Shown here one piece after another: positions 44,367 to 56,670 of a stretch of 64,000 nucleotides of DNA (position 1 is the stretch's first letter; the number at the start of each line of letters is the position of its first letter). The position numbers were made by a program, and so were the translations under genes. This stretch comes from Chloroflexota bacterium. Lineage in GTDB: Bacteria; Chloroflexota; Dehalococcoidia; Lucifugimonadales; UBA3495. The stretch is from NCBI GenBank assembly GCA_028875655.1, contig JAPPCX010000112.1:141-64140 (forward strand). The letters are read 5' to 3'. The notes beneath the pieces are model-generated. The model was not told where the DNA came from and did no database searches. It saw only the letters and a program-made list of their open reading frames with translations.

Positions 44367-45326
44367 ATGTTTTCCATATTCAAACGCAACCGAGAAAAGG
44401 TGAACCGCGAACAGACCGACGCCGGCGTGAAGCGCAGCCGCGACAGCTGGTTCGGGCGCATCCGCAACCTGTTTGCTTCCCGTGAGCTCGACGATTCCGT
44501 ATGGGACGAGATTGAGGAAATCCTGATCTCAGCCGACGTGAGCGTAGAGACCACCATGACCGTGCTGGATGACTTGCGCGACGACGTTCGCGCCGGACGC
44601 ATCACCGACGGCGAAGGCGCGTTCTCCCGGCTGAAGAACCTTCTGGCCGCCGAGCTGGCCGCGGACGACGACCCCGACGTGTGGCTGGATGACGACGGGA
44701 TAGCCGCTCCCTACGTGATACTCGTGTGCGGCGTGAACGGCGTCGGGAAAACCACCAGCATCGCCAAGCTGGCTCACCATTTCACCGGCGCGGGCAAGAA
44801 GGTAATGCTGGGCGCGGCCGACACCTTCCGCGCCGCCGCCGAAGAGCAACTGGAAATTTTGGGCGAACGGGTCGGCGTCGATGTTATCAGCCACCAGCAC
44901 GGCGCCGATCCCGGAGCGGTGGCCTATGACTCGTGGCAGGCCGCGCGGGCCCGGGGCGCGGATATCCTGATCGTCGATACTGCCGGCCGACTGCACACGC
45001 GAAACAACCTGATGGACGAACTGCGCAAGGTTCGCCGGGTCATCAACAGGCTGGACGACGCGGCCCCGCACCAGGTGCTGCTGACGCTGGACGCCACCAC
45101 CGGGCACAACGGGCTGACCCAGGCCCGGGCGTTCACCGAGGCCGTGGGATGCACCGGTATCTTCCTGGCCAAGCTGGACGGCACCGCGCGCGGCGGCATC
45201 GTGCTGTCCATACGCCGGGAGCTGGGCGTGCCGATCCTGTTCATCGGCACCGGCGAAGGGTTGGGCGACATCGCGCCCTTCGACCCGGACGAGTTCGTGG
45301 ACGCGATGCTCACCCCGGCGGCCTGA
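44367..45326 (+). CDS. ftsY: signal recognition particle receptor FtsY
   Basis: [44 protein letters not shown]. The ATG at 44367 (MFSIFKR) is preferred. TATAAT at 44234-44239. Confidence 0.92.
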   Translation: MFSIFKRNREKVNREQTDAGVKRSRDSWFGRIRNLFASRELDDSVWDEIEEILISADVSVETTMTVLDDLRDDVRAGRITDGEGAFSRLKNLLAAELAADDDPDVWLDDDGIAAPYVILVCGVNGVGKTTSIAKLAHHFTGAGKKVMLGAADTFRAAAEEQLEILGERVGVDVISHQHGADPGAVAYDSWQAARARGADILIVDTAGRLHTRNNLMDELRKVRRVINRLDDAAPHQVLLTLDATTGHNGLTQARAFTEAVGCTGIFLAKLDGTARGGIVLSIRRELGVPILFIGTGEGLGDIAPFDPDEFVDAMLTPAA

Positions 45327-45348
45327 CCCGTCGCGCTATCGATAAGCC

Positions 45349-47838
45349 GTGCCGGACATCATCGCCTGGCTGATCGCCCTCTGGGCGCTGTCCCTGGTCG
45401 GTTTTCCGGTGGCCTGCGCCGCCACCGGGTTGGGCCGGCTGGCGGACCGGGGATGGACGGTTGCCCGACCATTGGCCCTGCTGATACTGGCGTGGCTGAC
45501 TTGGATCGGCGGCACACTGGGTGTTATCCCCAACTCACAAGGCGGTATTGCCGCAACTTTGATCTGTTTGGCGGTTCCGGCGGCGTGGCTGGGTTGGGTG
45601 AAGCGGGTGGAGATCAGGGACTTTATCCGCCGGCGCTGGATCGTGGTGGCAACTACCGAGCTGTTGTTCATCGCCACGTTCGCGTTCTGGGCGCTGGTGG
45701 TCAGCGAGGTTCCGGCCATCAACCACACCGAAAAGCCCATGGATTTCGGCATCCTGAACGCCGTAATCAATTCGGCGCAATTTCCGCCGGAAGACCAGTG
45801 GCTTTCCGGCCACGACATAGCGTACTACTACGGCGGCCACTACGTCGCGGCCATGATGACCACCCTGACCCGGACACCGTCGGACGTTGGGTACAACCTG
45901 GCGATGGTCACCATTCCGGCGATCTTCAGCGTGGGACTGCTGGGGTTGATCTACAACCTGCTGCGGCACGCCGGAGCGTCCGCTTCCCGGTCGTTGGCGG
46001 TGGGAGCCGTGGCGGCGTTGTTTATTGGGCTGCTGGGGAACCTGTCCGGCGCGCTGGAGTTCGCCTACTTGCGCGGCCTGGGTTGGGATGGCCTCTGGGA
46101 GTGGATCGCCGTAAAGGGGTTGGAACCGCCGGCGGGTGGGGGCGGCTGGTTCCCCGACGGCTTCTGGTGGTGGTGGCGCGGCACCAGGATCATCGACACG
46201 CTGGGAGCGGGGGGCGCGTCGCTGGACTACACGATCACGGAGTTTCCGTTTTTCAGCTTCCTGCTGGGAGACCTGCACGCGCACGTGTCCGCCCTGCCGT
46301 ACCTGACACTGGCCCTGGCCCTGGCGTTGGCGCTGCTGGTCACCCCGGACCCGCCGGGCTGGCAGTGGCTGAGGAAACGCCCCGGAGAGGCCGGAGCGCT
46401 GGCCTTGACGTTGGGCGCACTGGCGTTCATCAACGCCTGGGACTTCCCGGTGTACCTTTGCATCGTTGGGATGGCCGCGATAGCCCGTTGGATGGCCTGG
46501 CACGGCTCGCCGCCGGCGTTATCGCTGCACGGCACGCGGCCATCGGAAGCCGGCCGCGCCGGTTCCGGGGGAGGCACAGCGGCCCTGGCCGGATCCATCG
46601 GCTACGGGGCGCTGCTGATTACCGCGCTGGCGGCTACGGGAATCCTCCTCTACCTGCCCTTCTATACGTCCTTTGACAGCCAGACGTCGGGCATACTGCC
46701 CGTCTCGGGGCCGGCGACGCGTCCGCTGCTTTTCATTATCGTGATGGGAGCGCCGGCAATCCTGGCTGGCGGCTTTGTGGCGCGGGCCGCGCTGGATGCC
46801 GGCTGGCCTACAGGAGAGAGGCGCGCCAACGCGTTGCTGGCCGGGTCGTTCGGCGTCGGCGTGTTCATGCTGTGGCTGATTGCGCTGGCGGTGCGGGTCT
46901 CGATTTCGCCCGATGGCCAGGAACTGGCCGACAATCTGGTCCTTGGACGCTTGATGCTGGCAGCCCCACTGCTGTTCATGGGATGCCTGGCCTCCTACTG
47001 CGCGTTGACGCTGGCGCCATGGCGGCGGCGGGCGCAATGGGTGGTGTTCGCGCTGGCCCTGGCGGCGGCGGGATTCTTCCTGCTGGGCGGCGCCGAGCTG
47101 TTCCACATCGCGGACCAGTTCGGGAACCGGATGAACACGGTCTTCAAGTTCTACTACCAAGCGTGGCTGCTGCTTGGCATCGCGGGCGCCATCGGCATGT
47201 ATTACATACTGGCGGCGCCGCTGCGCCACTCCTGGGTGGACGAATGGGCGCTGGTGCTGGCCGGGTTGAGAATCCTGTGGGTGGGGGTAGTGGCGGTTCT
47301 GATCGTCGTGTCCGCCTATTATCCGGTGGGGGCCGTCCTGGAGCGAACCGGCTGGATGTCGCCGGGCGAGACCCGGGAGGACAACACCCTGGCAGGGTTG
47401 GATTACCTGCGCAAAATATCCCCGGGCGAATATGCGGCGATAGTCTGGTTGTGGGATTCGGCGGAGCCGGGGCGGATCGTGGAGGCCGTGGGAGACGACT
47501 ACGACGCTCACGGCGGCATCTCGGCGGCCACCGGACGGCCAACGCCGCTGTCCTGGGAGGGCCATGAACGGCAATGGCGGGGCGACGACATCAACCCGGA
47601 ACTGGCGCGTCGCCGGACCGACGTGGAAACCATCTACACGTCCGATCAGAGCGCAATATCGCTGGGGTTGCTGCGACACTACGGCATCCGGTGGCTGGTG
47701 GCAGGACCGCGGGAAAGGTCGGCATACGGCAACGACGTGAGCGAACGGATGGTAAAGTGGGCCGGCGAAGGCTGGCTTGCGCCGGCGTTTGAGTCGGGTG
47801 AGGTCGTGATTTACGAGGTGAACCCACCGAATCGTTAG
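45349..47838 (+). CDS. DUF2298 / Chlor_Arch_YYY-domain polytopic membrane protein
   Basis: 829 aa with many TM helices. Signature HDIAYYYGGHY. The family is reported mainly from Chloroflexi and Archaea (from memory). Confidence 0.8.
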   Translation: MPDIIAWLIALWALSLVGFPVACAATGLGRLADRGWTVARPLALLILAWLTWIGGTLGVIPNSQGGIAATLICLAVPAAWLGWVKRVEIRDFIRRRWIVVATTELLFIATFAFWALVVSEVPAINHTEKPMDFGILNAVINSAQFPPEDQWLSGHDIAYYYGGHYVAAMMTTLTRTPSDVGYNLAMVTIPAIFSVGLLGLIYNLLRHAGASASRSLAVGAVAALFIGLLGNLSGALEFAYLRGLGWDGLWEWIAVKGLEPPAGGGGWFPDGFWWWWRGTRIIDTLGAGGASLDYTITEFPFFSFLLGDLHAHVSALPYLTLALALALALLVTPDPPGWQWLRKRPGEAGALALTLGALAFINAWDFPVYLCIVGMAAIARWMAWHGSPPALSLHGTRPSEAGRAGSGGGTAALAGSIGYGALLITALAATGILLYLPFYTSFDSQTSGILPVSGPATRPLLFIIVMGAPAILAGGFVARAALDAGWPTGERRANALLAGSFGVGVFMLWLIALAVRVSISPDGQELADNLVLGRLMLAAPLLFMGCLASYCALTLAPWRRRAQWVVFALALAAAGFFLLGGAELFHIADQFGNRMNTVFKFYYQAWLLLGIAGAIGMYYILAAPLRHSWVDEWALVLAGLRILWVGVVAVLIVVSAYYPVGAVLERTGWMSPGETREDNTLAGLDYLRKISPGEYAAIVWLWDSAEPGRIVEAVGDDYDAHGGISAATGRPTPLSWEGHERQWRGDDINPELARRRTDVETIYTSDQSAISLGLLRHYGIRWLVAGPRERSAYGNDVSERMVKWAGEGWLAPAFESGEVVIYEVNPPNR

Positions 47839-47851
47839 CCGGCACAAGCAT

Positions 47852-47981
47852 CCTTCGACAAGCTCAGGATGAGCGGGAACGACCGACAAGCTCAGGAGCG
47901 GGAACGACTTGGAATCGGATACGCTTATAGACACTGGATTCCCGCGAAAGCGGGAATGACAGGGTTCGCGGGAACGACAGG
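47852..47981. repeat. REP cluster: tandem family-5 units plus a family-1 hairpin
   Basis: CCTTCGACAAGCTCAGGATGAGCGGGAACGAC, CGACAAGCTCAGGAGCGGGAACGAC, then CTGGATTCCCGCGAAAGCGGGAATGAC + GGGTTCGCGGGAACGAC (47934-47981). Confidence 0.8.
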
Positions 47982-48020
47982 AAATTTCAACAGGCTCTCG
48001 TTACTGTCAAGGAGGACAGC

Positions 48021-51017
<2,997 letters not shown>

Positions 51018-51140
51018 CAGCCGGAGGCGGCGGGATTTACGGGGATGACCGAAAGGCGCTTTGGATTCATGGTTGCTAGCGCCACACTCACTGGGTAAGA
51101 TGGCGGCAGTTTGACGCGGGTCCATTGGGGCAGGTGAGGC

Positions 51141-51479
51141 ATGGCTATCTATCGACTTTACACGGGAGACGACGGGCAGTCGCACATTGAGGAGACGAGC
51201 CTGGCAGAACACCCGGAGCTGGGCGAGGCGCAGGCGGCGCAGTCGATCATGTTCCGGGAATGGCCGCCGGGCCATTTTATCGACTGGCATCCGGCGCCCC
51301 GGCGGCAGTACATCATCTCGCTGCGGGGCGAGATTGAGATCGGGCTGGGCGACGGGACAACGTTCCGCTACGGCCCCGGCGATGCCCGGCTGGTTGAGGA
51401 CACGACGGGGCAGGGACATACCACGCGGGTGGTGGGTAACGCGCCGAGCCTGACGGCGGTGATTCCGCTGGCGAATTGA
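51141..51479 (+). CDS. cupin-fold small protein (paralogue 1 of 3)
   Basis: YTGDDGQSH..E, WHPAPRRQYIISLRGEIEI, GPGDARLVEDTTGQGHTTR. A single small beta-barrel. Confidence 0.65.
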   Translation: MAIYRLYTGDDGQSHIEETSLAEHPELGEAQAAQSIMFREWPPGHFIDWHPAPRRQYIISLRGEIEIGLGDGTTFRYGPGDARLVEDTTGQGHTTRVVGNAPSLTAVIPLAN

Positions 51480-51503
51480 ATCGCAATACAGCGTTCCGTT
51501 TTT

Positions 51504-51529
51504 GCATGGATGCACAGGATAGACAGGAT
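51504..51529 (+). repeat. 26-nt GCATGGATG-N-ACAGGAT-NNN-CAGGAT motif
   Basis: GCATGGATGCACAGGATAGACAGGAT. Other copies lie at 50710-50735, 61738-61763 and 42679-42704 (reverse). Confidence 0.8.
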
Positions 51530-51546
51530 GACCCGATTGGGATTTC

Positions 51547-51600
51547 CTGGATTCCGGCTCAAGGCCGGAATGACGGATCTAATTTGGGCCGGAATGACGG
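51547..51600. repeat. REP family 1 hairpin (CCGGC stem variant) plus an extra half-site
   Basis: CTGGATTCCGGCTCAAGGCCGGAATGAC ... GGCCGGAATGACGG. Confidence 0.8.
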
Positions 51601-51648
51601 ATTTGAATTTGAGAAGTACAGAAACAGAAACACACAGGAGGCAATTCG

Positions 51649-51993
51649 ATGGGACAGATAGTACGGGTTTATACCGGGAGCGACGGGGAGAGCCACTTTG
51701 AGCACCTGACGCCGGACCAGTTCGCCGACATCGCCAACAACGTCGGCCCGGGCGACATCACGGTTGGCCGCCGGGAATCGCCGAGCTTTTCGGACTACCA
51801 CAACGCGCCGCGCCGGCAGTACGTGGTGAACATGAGCGGCATCGCCGAGTTTGAGGTTGCCGACGGCACCGTCGTCCGAATGTTCCCCGGCGACGTGCTG
51901 GTGGCCGAGGACCTGACCGGGCACGGGCACATCGCGCGGAGCATCGGCGACGAGTTCCGGGTGTCGCTGGCCGTGCCGTTGGCTGACGGCTAG
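51649..51993 (+). CDS. cupin-fold small protein (paralogue 2)
   Basis: YTGSDGESHFEHL, YHNAPRRQYVVNMSG, FPGDVLVAEDLTGHGHIAR. GGAGG SD. Confidence 0.65.
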   Translation: MGQIVRVYTGSDGESHFEHLTPDQFADIANNVGPGDITVGRRESPSFSDYHNAPRRQYVVNMSGIAEFEVADGTVVRMFPGDVLVAEDLTGHGHIARSIGDEFRVSLAVPLADG

Positions 51994-52008
51994 GCATTCG
52001 TTTGACTC

Positions 52009-52036
52009 GTAGGGGCGAATAATTATTCGCCCCTAC
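52009..52036. repeat. REP family 3 hairpin (second copy)
   Basis: GTAGGGGCGAATAATTATTCGCCCCTAC, identical to 25156-25183. Confidence 0.85.
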
Positions 52037-52048
52037 CTGTTGCGACAC

Positions 52049-52075
52049 CTGGATTCCCGCTTGCGCGGGAATGAC
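52049..52075. repeat. REP family 1 hairpin
   Basis: CTGGATTCCCGCTTGCGCGGGAATGAC. The track start at 52071 lies inside it. Confidence 0.85.
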
Positions 52076-52100
52076 GGGAGTGAAATCAAGGACGGTACGA

Positions 52101-52433
52101 ATGATAGTACGGATTCACACCGGGGATGACGGCGAGTCCCATTTCCATGAATTGACGGCGGACGAATTTGCCGACATCGCCAATAACGTGGGCGAGGGAG
52201 ACATCACGGTGGGGCAACGGCCGGCCGGCTGGTGGCAGGACTACCACACTGCGCCGCGGCACCAGTACGTGGTGTTCATGTCGGGCGGCGCGGAGATCGA
52301 GGTTGCCAGCGGCGACAAGCGGCAGTTCGGCCCAGGGGACGTGCTGGTGGCCGAGGACCTGACCGGGCACGGGCACATCATCCGGAACGTGGGGGAGGAG
52401 CCGCGGGTTTCGCTGGCGGTGCCTCTGAGATAG
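52101..52433 (+). CDS. cupin-fold small protein (paralogue 3)
   Basis: HTGDDGESHFHEL, YHTAPRHQYVVFMSG, GPGDVLVAEDLTGHGHIIR. The ATG at 52101 lies outside the REP. Confidence 0.65.
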   Translation: MIVRIHTGDDGESHFHELTADEFADIANNVGEGDITVGQRPAGWWQDYHTAPRHQYVVFMSGGAEIEVASGDKRQFGPGDVLVAEDLTGHGHIIRNVGEEPRVSLAVPLR

Positions 52434-53778
52434 TGGGAGGCGTTGCGCCGGCCAGCAGGCGTTGCAGGTGGATCAGGCCCTGCTGTCGGCGGGCGTTGTT
52501 GGCAACGCGGCCCCAGGCGGGCTCCTGCAAGGCCGCGGCGAGTTCGCGGGTGATTTCGTTGTCGGACAGGGGGCCGTAACGCCGGTACAACTCCAGCATT
52601 CGCTCTGCGCCGGAATAGTCGCCGGCCAGCGTCCGGTGGGCGTGGAGGAACGGGAGCACGGCGTTGACGGCGATGTCCTGCGCGCGCGCCGTACCGATGG
52701 AAAGGGGCTCGCTGGAAAGGGGCTCGCTGGAAAGAGGCTTACTGGGAGCGGGCTTGCTGCCGCCGGCAGGCACGGTCAGCATCCTGGTCAGGGCTTTCGT
52801 ATCGCCGGCGGAGGCCTCTGCCGACAGTCCGGCGGCCAAACCGGATTGGCAAAATCGGGCGATCAGGGCAGCAGCTCCCGGGATGCGCCGGCGTGGATGG
52901 TTGGGCGGCCGTACCCGGAACAAACGCCATGCTGTTGAATCCAGCGGCGGGCCGAGTCCGGCGGGCACGGGGCCGCGTTCAAAGCCGGCCAGCCGGAGCA
53001 GCCATAGGGTCAACGCGGTTTCGCGTTGGCTTTCGGGCAGTTGGCGGGCAGCGGCGGACAAAACGGCGCAAGGCGCGGCGGTGGCCAGCATGAGAAAAGG
53101 ATGCCGGTTGTGCCGGTAGCCCAGAGCGTCGCAGATCGATTCCCACAGGGTCTGCTCGGGCGGCTGCGCGGACATGAGCATACCGAGCCTTGAACTGTGG
53201 GACAGAAAGCGCGCATCGCCGGCTCGGTTGAGCAGCGCGGCCATCTGCTCGGCCCGTTCCGGCCGGCGATAACCGTGTTGAGCCAGGGATTGCCAGAGTT
53301 GGCTGCGGACAGCATCGCCGTGGTCATCGCCCGCCGGCGGGTCGGTGAGGAGGTCCGTGAGGTTGACCAACGGAGGAGACCCGCCGCCGTCGGTTCGGGA
53401 CGGCTGCGGGTGGGATTCCAGGGCGACGTGGAGCACGACGCCGTTGTAGTTGGGGTCGCGGTGGTGTCCGTGGGACTGCCAATCCTGTTGACGGAGGTGT
53501 ACTTCGACGTCGCCCTGCACCAGCCCCTGGCCTTCGACCATCAACAGGGCGTTGCGGAAATCGGGGCCGGCGGTTACGCCGGGACGGCCAGGATACAGGA
53601 CCCGGACCCGGGCGCCGGTTTCAGTGTGAAAAGCGCGATGGCGGGCAGCGCGGCGTTGCCACAAGTGGGCCAGCTGCTTTTCGGTGATGGGTGGAATGGG
53701 ATGCGGGTCGGTCGGCCTTGCCGAATGGCGGTTCGACAAGCTCACCATGAGCGGGGGTTTGGGGCGGGACGGATTCAT
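52378..53778 (-). CDS. DUF2851 family protein
   Basis: LAHLWQRR...RVRVLYPGRPGVTAGPDFRNALLMVEG..LVQGDVEVHLRQQDWQSHGHHRDPNYNGVVLHVAL fits the DUF2851 core. The start is uncertain: the alternative ATG at 53748 lies inside a family-5 REP. Confidence 0.7.
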   Translation of the reverse strand: MNPSRPKPPLMVSLSNRHSARPTDPHPIPPITEKQLAHLWQRRAARHRAFHTETGARVRVLYPGRPGVTAGPDFRNALLMVEGQGLVQGDVEVHLRQQDWQSHGHHRDPNYNGVVLHVALESHPQPSRTDGGGSPPLVNLTDLLTDPPAGDDHGDAVRSQLWQSLAQHGYRRPERAEQMAALLNRAGDARFLSHSSRLGMLMSAQPPEQTLWESICDALGYRHNRHPFLMLATAAPCAVLSAAARQLPESQRETALTLWLLRLAGFERGPVPAGLGPPLDSTAWRLFRVRPPNHPRRRIPGAAALIARFCQSGLAAGLSAEASAGDTKALTRMLTVPAGGSKPAPSKPLSSEPLSSEPLSIGTARAQDIAVNAVLPFLHAHRTLAGDYSGAERMLELYRRYGPLSDNEITRELAAALQEPAWGRVANNARRQQGLIHLQRLLAGATPPTISEAPPAKPAAPPPRSG

Positions 53779-53809
53779 CGGGGCTCACCTGCATACAGGT
53801 GTAGCATCC

Positions 53810-54310
53810 CTAGCGTTGTACTGTCCACGGGCCGGTGTCACCGGCGGCGCCGGGCTGGCGATGGGTCGCCCGATACTCGCCGCGCCACCAGAGCAGCACG
53901 CCGCAAAGGGCAGGGAAGGCAATGGACAGGGCGGCCAGGACAATCGCGATGCCCTTCTGATCCATGCTGGTCACGGCGAACACCAGCAGACCGAGGTTCC
54001 AGGCGGCAAGGAGCAGGAACAGCAGAGCGGCCCAGCGGGCCCGCCACATGCCGCCCAGGCCGGCCACAATGCCGGCGATGGCGGCGGCCAGCACGATGCT
54101 GACCATCTCGGTGCTGGCGTTCTGGGGGAAGCGCAGGAACAGTTCGGTCCAGGCAAGGCATTCCGTGTGGAAAACGTACTCGCCGACCTGAGCCGCGCCG
54201 CAACGCATACCGACGACCTGGGACCAGACGGTCTGGCACAACCCGCCGGCCAATCCCAGCAGCAACGCCAGCAGTCGGACCATCAATTGTGTGCTGGTGT
54301 AAGCGCCCAT
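53810..54310 (-). CDS. hypothetical integral membrane protein
   Basis: 166 aa from the ATG at 54310, with 4-5 TM helices. The 327-aa track ORF extends antisense over the MBL gene and is not credible. Confidence 0.45.
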   Translation of the reverse strand: MGAYTSTQLMVRLLALLLGLAGGLCQTVWSQVVGMRCGAAQVGEYVFHTECLAWTELFLRFPQNASTEMVSIVLAAAIAGIVAGLGGMWRARWAALLFLLLAAWNLGLLVFAVTSMDQKGIAIVLAALSIAFPALCGVLLWWRGEYRATHRQPGAAGDTGPWTVQR

Positions 54311-54404
54311 CGTTGCCTCGCGGTTGCGGATATTGGGTGTATTGTACCTTGCCGACCGACCGTCGGTGGTAGAATGACGCGAATTGAAGCACCGTGGAGG
54401 GATT

Positions 54405-55241
54405 ATGACGGCCAGCAAAATTACCATCGGGAACGTGGAGATTGCGTCCCTTTCCGACGGGCTACTGGAATTCGACATCTGCAACTTTTTTCCGAACATT
54501 CCCGCTGAAGAATGGGAACCATTCCATGACCACCTGACCCCGGAGCGCAAGGTGAGCTTCAACCTGGCGTGCTTCCTGGTGCGCTCGGAGGGCAAAACCA
54601 TCGCGGTTGACACCGGCCTGGGCGCCAAGGACACGCCGGAAACCCCCTGGGGCGAGTTGCTGGACGACATGGCGCGCAACGGCCTTTCGCCCAACGACAT
54701 CGACGCCGTGGTGATGACCCACCTGCACCGCGACCACGTGGGCTGGAACACGGTGCGCGACGACGGGGGAACGCTCAAGCCCACCTTCCCCAACGCGCGG
54801 TACTACTTCAGCCGTGTGGACTACGACGCGAGCCACGATCCTGCGTTGCAGCCCGACCGGTTCCCCAACGCGCCCGATTGCGTGTGGCCCATTGCCGAAA
54901 TGGGGCTGGTGGAATGGATGGAAGGGGAGTTTAGCATCACGAGCGAGCTGACCACCCTGCCGACCCCGGGGCATACGCCGGGCCACATGAGCATCATGAT
55001 CAACTCAGGCGGCGAGCGTGGGCTGATCCTGGGCGACGTGCTGCACAACACCGCGCAGATCCAGCAGACGGATTGGGCATCCCGCGCCGACATCACCCCA
55101 GAGCAGGCCATTGAAACCCGGCAGAATCTCCTGGATCGGCTGGAAAGCGAGGGGATCCCGGTGGCGGCGGTGCATCTGCCGGCGCCCGGGTTCGGCAAGA
55201 TCGTGCGGCTGCAGGGCAAGCGGTATTGGCAGGCCATCTGA
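54405..55241 (+). CDS. MBL-fold metallo-hydrolase
   Basis: VVMTHLHRDHVGW (HxHxDH), PGHTPGH. GGAGGG SD before the ATG at 54405. TGGTAGAAT -10 at 54367-54375. Confidence 0.85.
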   Translation: MTASKITIGNVEIASLSDGLLEFDICNFFPNIPAEEWEPFHDHLTPERKVSFNLACFLVRSEGKTIAVDTGLGAKDTPETPWGELLDDMARNGLSPNDIDAVVMTHLHRDHVGWNTVRDDGGTLKPTFPNARYYFSRVDYDASHDPALQPDRFPNAPDCVWPIAEMGLVEWMEGEFSITSELTTLPTPGHTPGHMSIMINSGGERGLILGDVLHNTAQIQQTDWASRADITPEQAIETRQNLLDRLESEGIPVAAVHLPAPGFGKIVRLQGKRYWQAI

Positions 55242-55266
55242 TCACGATTTGACCTCGTTCCGACAC

Positions 55267-55295
55267 GTAGGGGCGGGTTTCAAACCCGCCCCTAC
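55267..55295. repeat. REP family 3b hairpin (second copy)
   Basis: GTAGGGGCGGGTTTCAAACCCGCCCCTAC, 26 nt after the MBL stop. Confidence 0.8.
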
Positions 55296-55328
55296 AATTG
55301 CTCACACGGTCATAATAGATGGGGGGGC

Positions 55329-55355
55329 GTGGATTCCGGCTTTCGCCGGAATGAC
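55329..55355. repeat. REP family 1 hairpin (CCGGC stem variant)
   Basis: GTGGATTCCGGCTTTCGCCGGAATGAC. The track start at 55329 lies inside it. Confidence 0.8.
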
Positions 55356-55358
55356 GAA

Positions 55359-56624
55359 ATGAAATCGCAGCGATTCTTCTACGGTTGGGTAATCGTGGCC
55401 ACCATGTTCGCCGTCAACTTTTCCACGATGGCGACGGGGACGCTCAACTATGGCCTGTTCGTGCTGCCGATGCAGAGCGAACTGGGCCTGTCAAGGGCCA
55501 CCTTCGGGTGGATGCAGACGACGCGGCGACTTTCGGCGGGCGCGCTGAGCTTCGCGGTGGGCTGGCTGATCGACCGCTATGGGCCCCGGGTGTATATCCC
55601 GGTGGCGGCCCTGATGATCGGCGGCTGCCTGATACTGGTGGGAATGAGCAGCCATGCGTGGCAGTTCGTCCTGCTGTTCGCGCTGGTGGGTGTTTCGGGA
55701 CTGGCCGCGCCCAACGGGCTCGTCACGTCAGTGCCGGTAGCCAAGTGGTTCGTGCGGAAACGCGGCCGCGCGCTGGCGCTGTCAACCGCCGGACTGGGCA
55801 TCAGCGGCATCGTATTCCTGCCCGTCACCCAATGGCTGATCGACGGCTACGGCTGGCGCGCTTCGTGGCAGATACTGGCGCTGTTGTTCATGGTCATATC
55901 CATTCCGGCGTCGGCCCTGTTCTTGCGTCGCCAGCCCGAGGACATGGGCCTGCGCGTGGACGGCGACCCTCCGGACGCGCCGGCCGACGCCGCGCCCCCT
56001 TCGGAACCGCGGCGGTCAACCGGAGACGAGCCGGTCTGGACGGTTCGCCAGGCCTTTCGCACGGCGACGATGTGGAAGCTGGTGGCCGTGTTCTCGTTGG
56101 CCGGCGTGGCCCAGGGCGGAGCCAGCTTTCACCGCATCCCGTACTTCGTGGAGAAAGCCTACGACCCGCTGCTGGTGTCGTGGTCCTTCGCGGCTGACGC
56201 CGGCGGAGCGGCGGCGTTGGCGCTGGTGTCCGGCTGGCTGGCCGACCGCATCCCGATCCGGTTCCTGGCGGCGGTTTCGTTCTCGGGATTCATAGTTGCC
56301 ATCCTGCTGATGATCTACGTGGCGTCGGCGGAGATGATGTTCCTGTCCACCATCGTTTTTGGCTGCTCCGTGGGCGTCGGGATGATTGTGCATACGTACA
56401 TCTTCGCCGCATACTACGGGCGGGCCTTCCTAGGGACGATACGGGGCATCGTGATGCCCATCAACCTGCTGAGCGCGGGGCTGGGCGCGCCGCTGGTGGG
56501 CTACCTGCACGATTACGCAGGGTCGTACCTGCCGGCGTGGTGGACGCTGCTGTTCATCTACGGCGCTTGCTCCGCGCTGATGCTGACGGCGCTGCCGCCG
56601 GGTCGGGCCGACGCTACCGGGTAA
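55359..56624 (+). CDS. MFS transporter (oxalate/formate antiporter-like)
   Basis: FFYGWVIVATMF N-terminus, LIDRYGPR loop, 12 TM pattern. Confidence 0.85.
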   Translation: MKSQRFFYGWVIVATMFAVNFSTMATGTLNYGLFVLPMQSELGLSRATFGWMQTTRRLSAGALSFAVGWLIDRYGPRVYIPVAALMIGGCLILVGMSSHAWQFVLLFALVGVSGLAAPNGLVTSVPVAKWFVRKRGRALALSTAGLGISGIVFLPVTQWLIDGYGWRASWQILALLFMVISIPASALFLRRQPEDMGLRVDGDPPDAPADAAPPSEPRRSTGDEPVWTVRQAFRTATMWKLVAVFSLAGVAQGGASFHRIPYFVEKAYDPLLVSWSFAADAGGAAALALVSGWLADRIPIRFLAAVSFSGFIVAILLMIYVASAEMMFLSTIVFGCSVGVGMIVHTYIFAAYYGRAFLGTIRGIVMPINLLSAGLGAPLVGYLHDYAGSYLPAWWTLLFIYGACSALMLTALPPGRADATG

Positions 56625-56633
56625 TGCTACAAT
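56625..56633 (+). promoter_or_regulatory. extended -10 (TGCTACAAT) upstream of cassette 1
   Basis: Lies 38 nt before the ATG at 56671. Purine-rich AGAGGGGGG SD. Confidence 0.3.
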
Positions 56634-56670
56634 CAAACCGTGCAGTGAACAGACCCAAGAGGGGGGCGAT

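Noticed and set aside
46519-47934. 471-aa minus-strand ORF (and 45535..46503)
   Set aside because: It is antisense to the YYY/DUF2298 membrane protein. The product is Arg/Pro/Gln-rich, and its end is made of REP sequence (PAHPELVEG).
54311-54793. N-terminal extension of ORF 53810..54793
   Set aside because: It overlaps the MBL hydrolase gene antisense. Only the C-terminal 166 aa look like a membrane protein.
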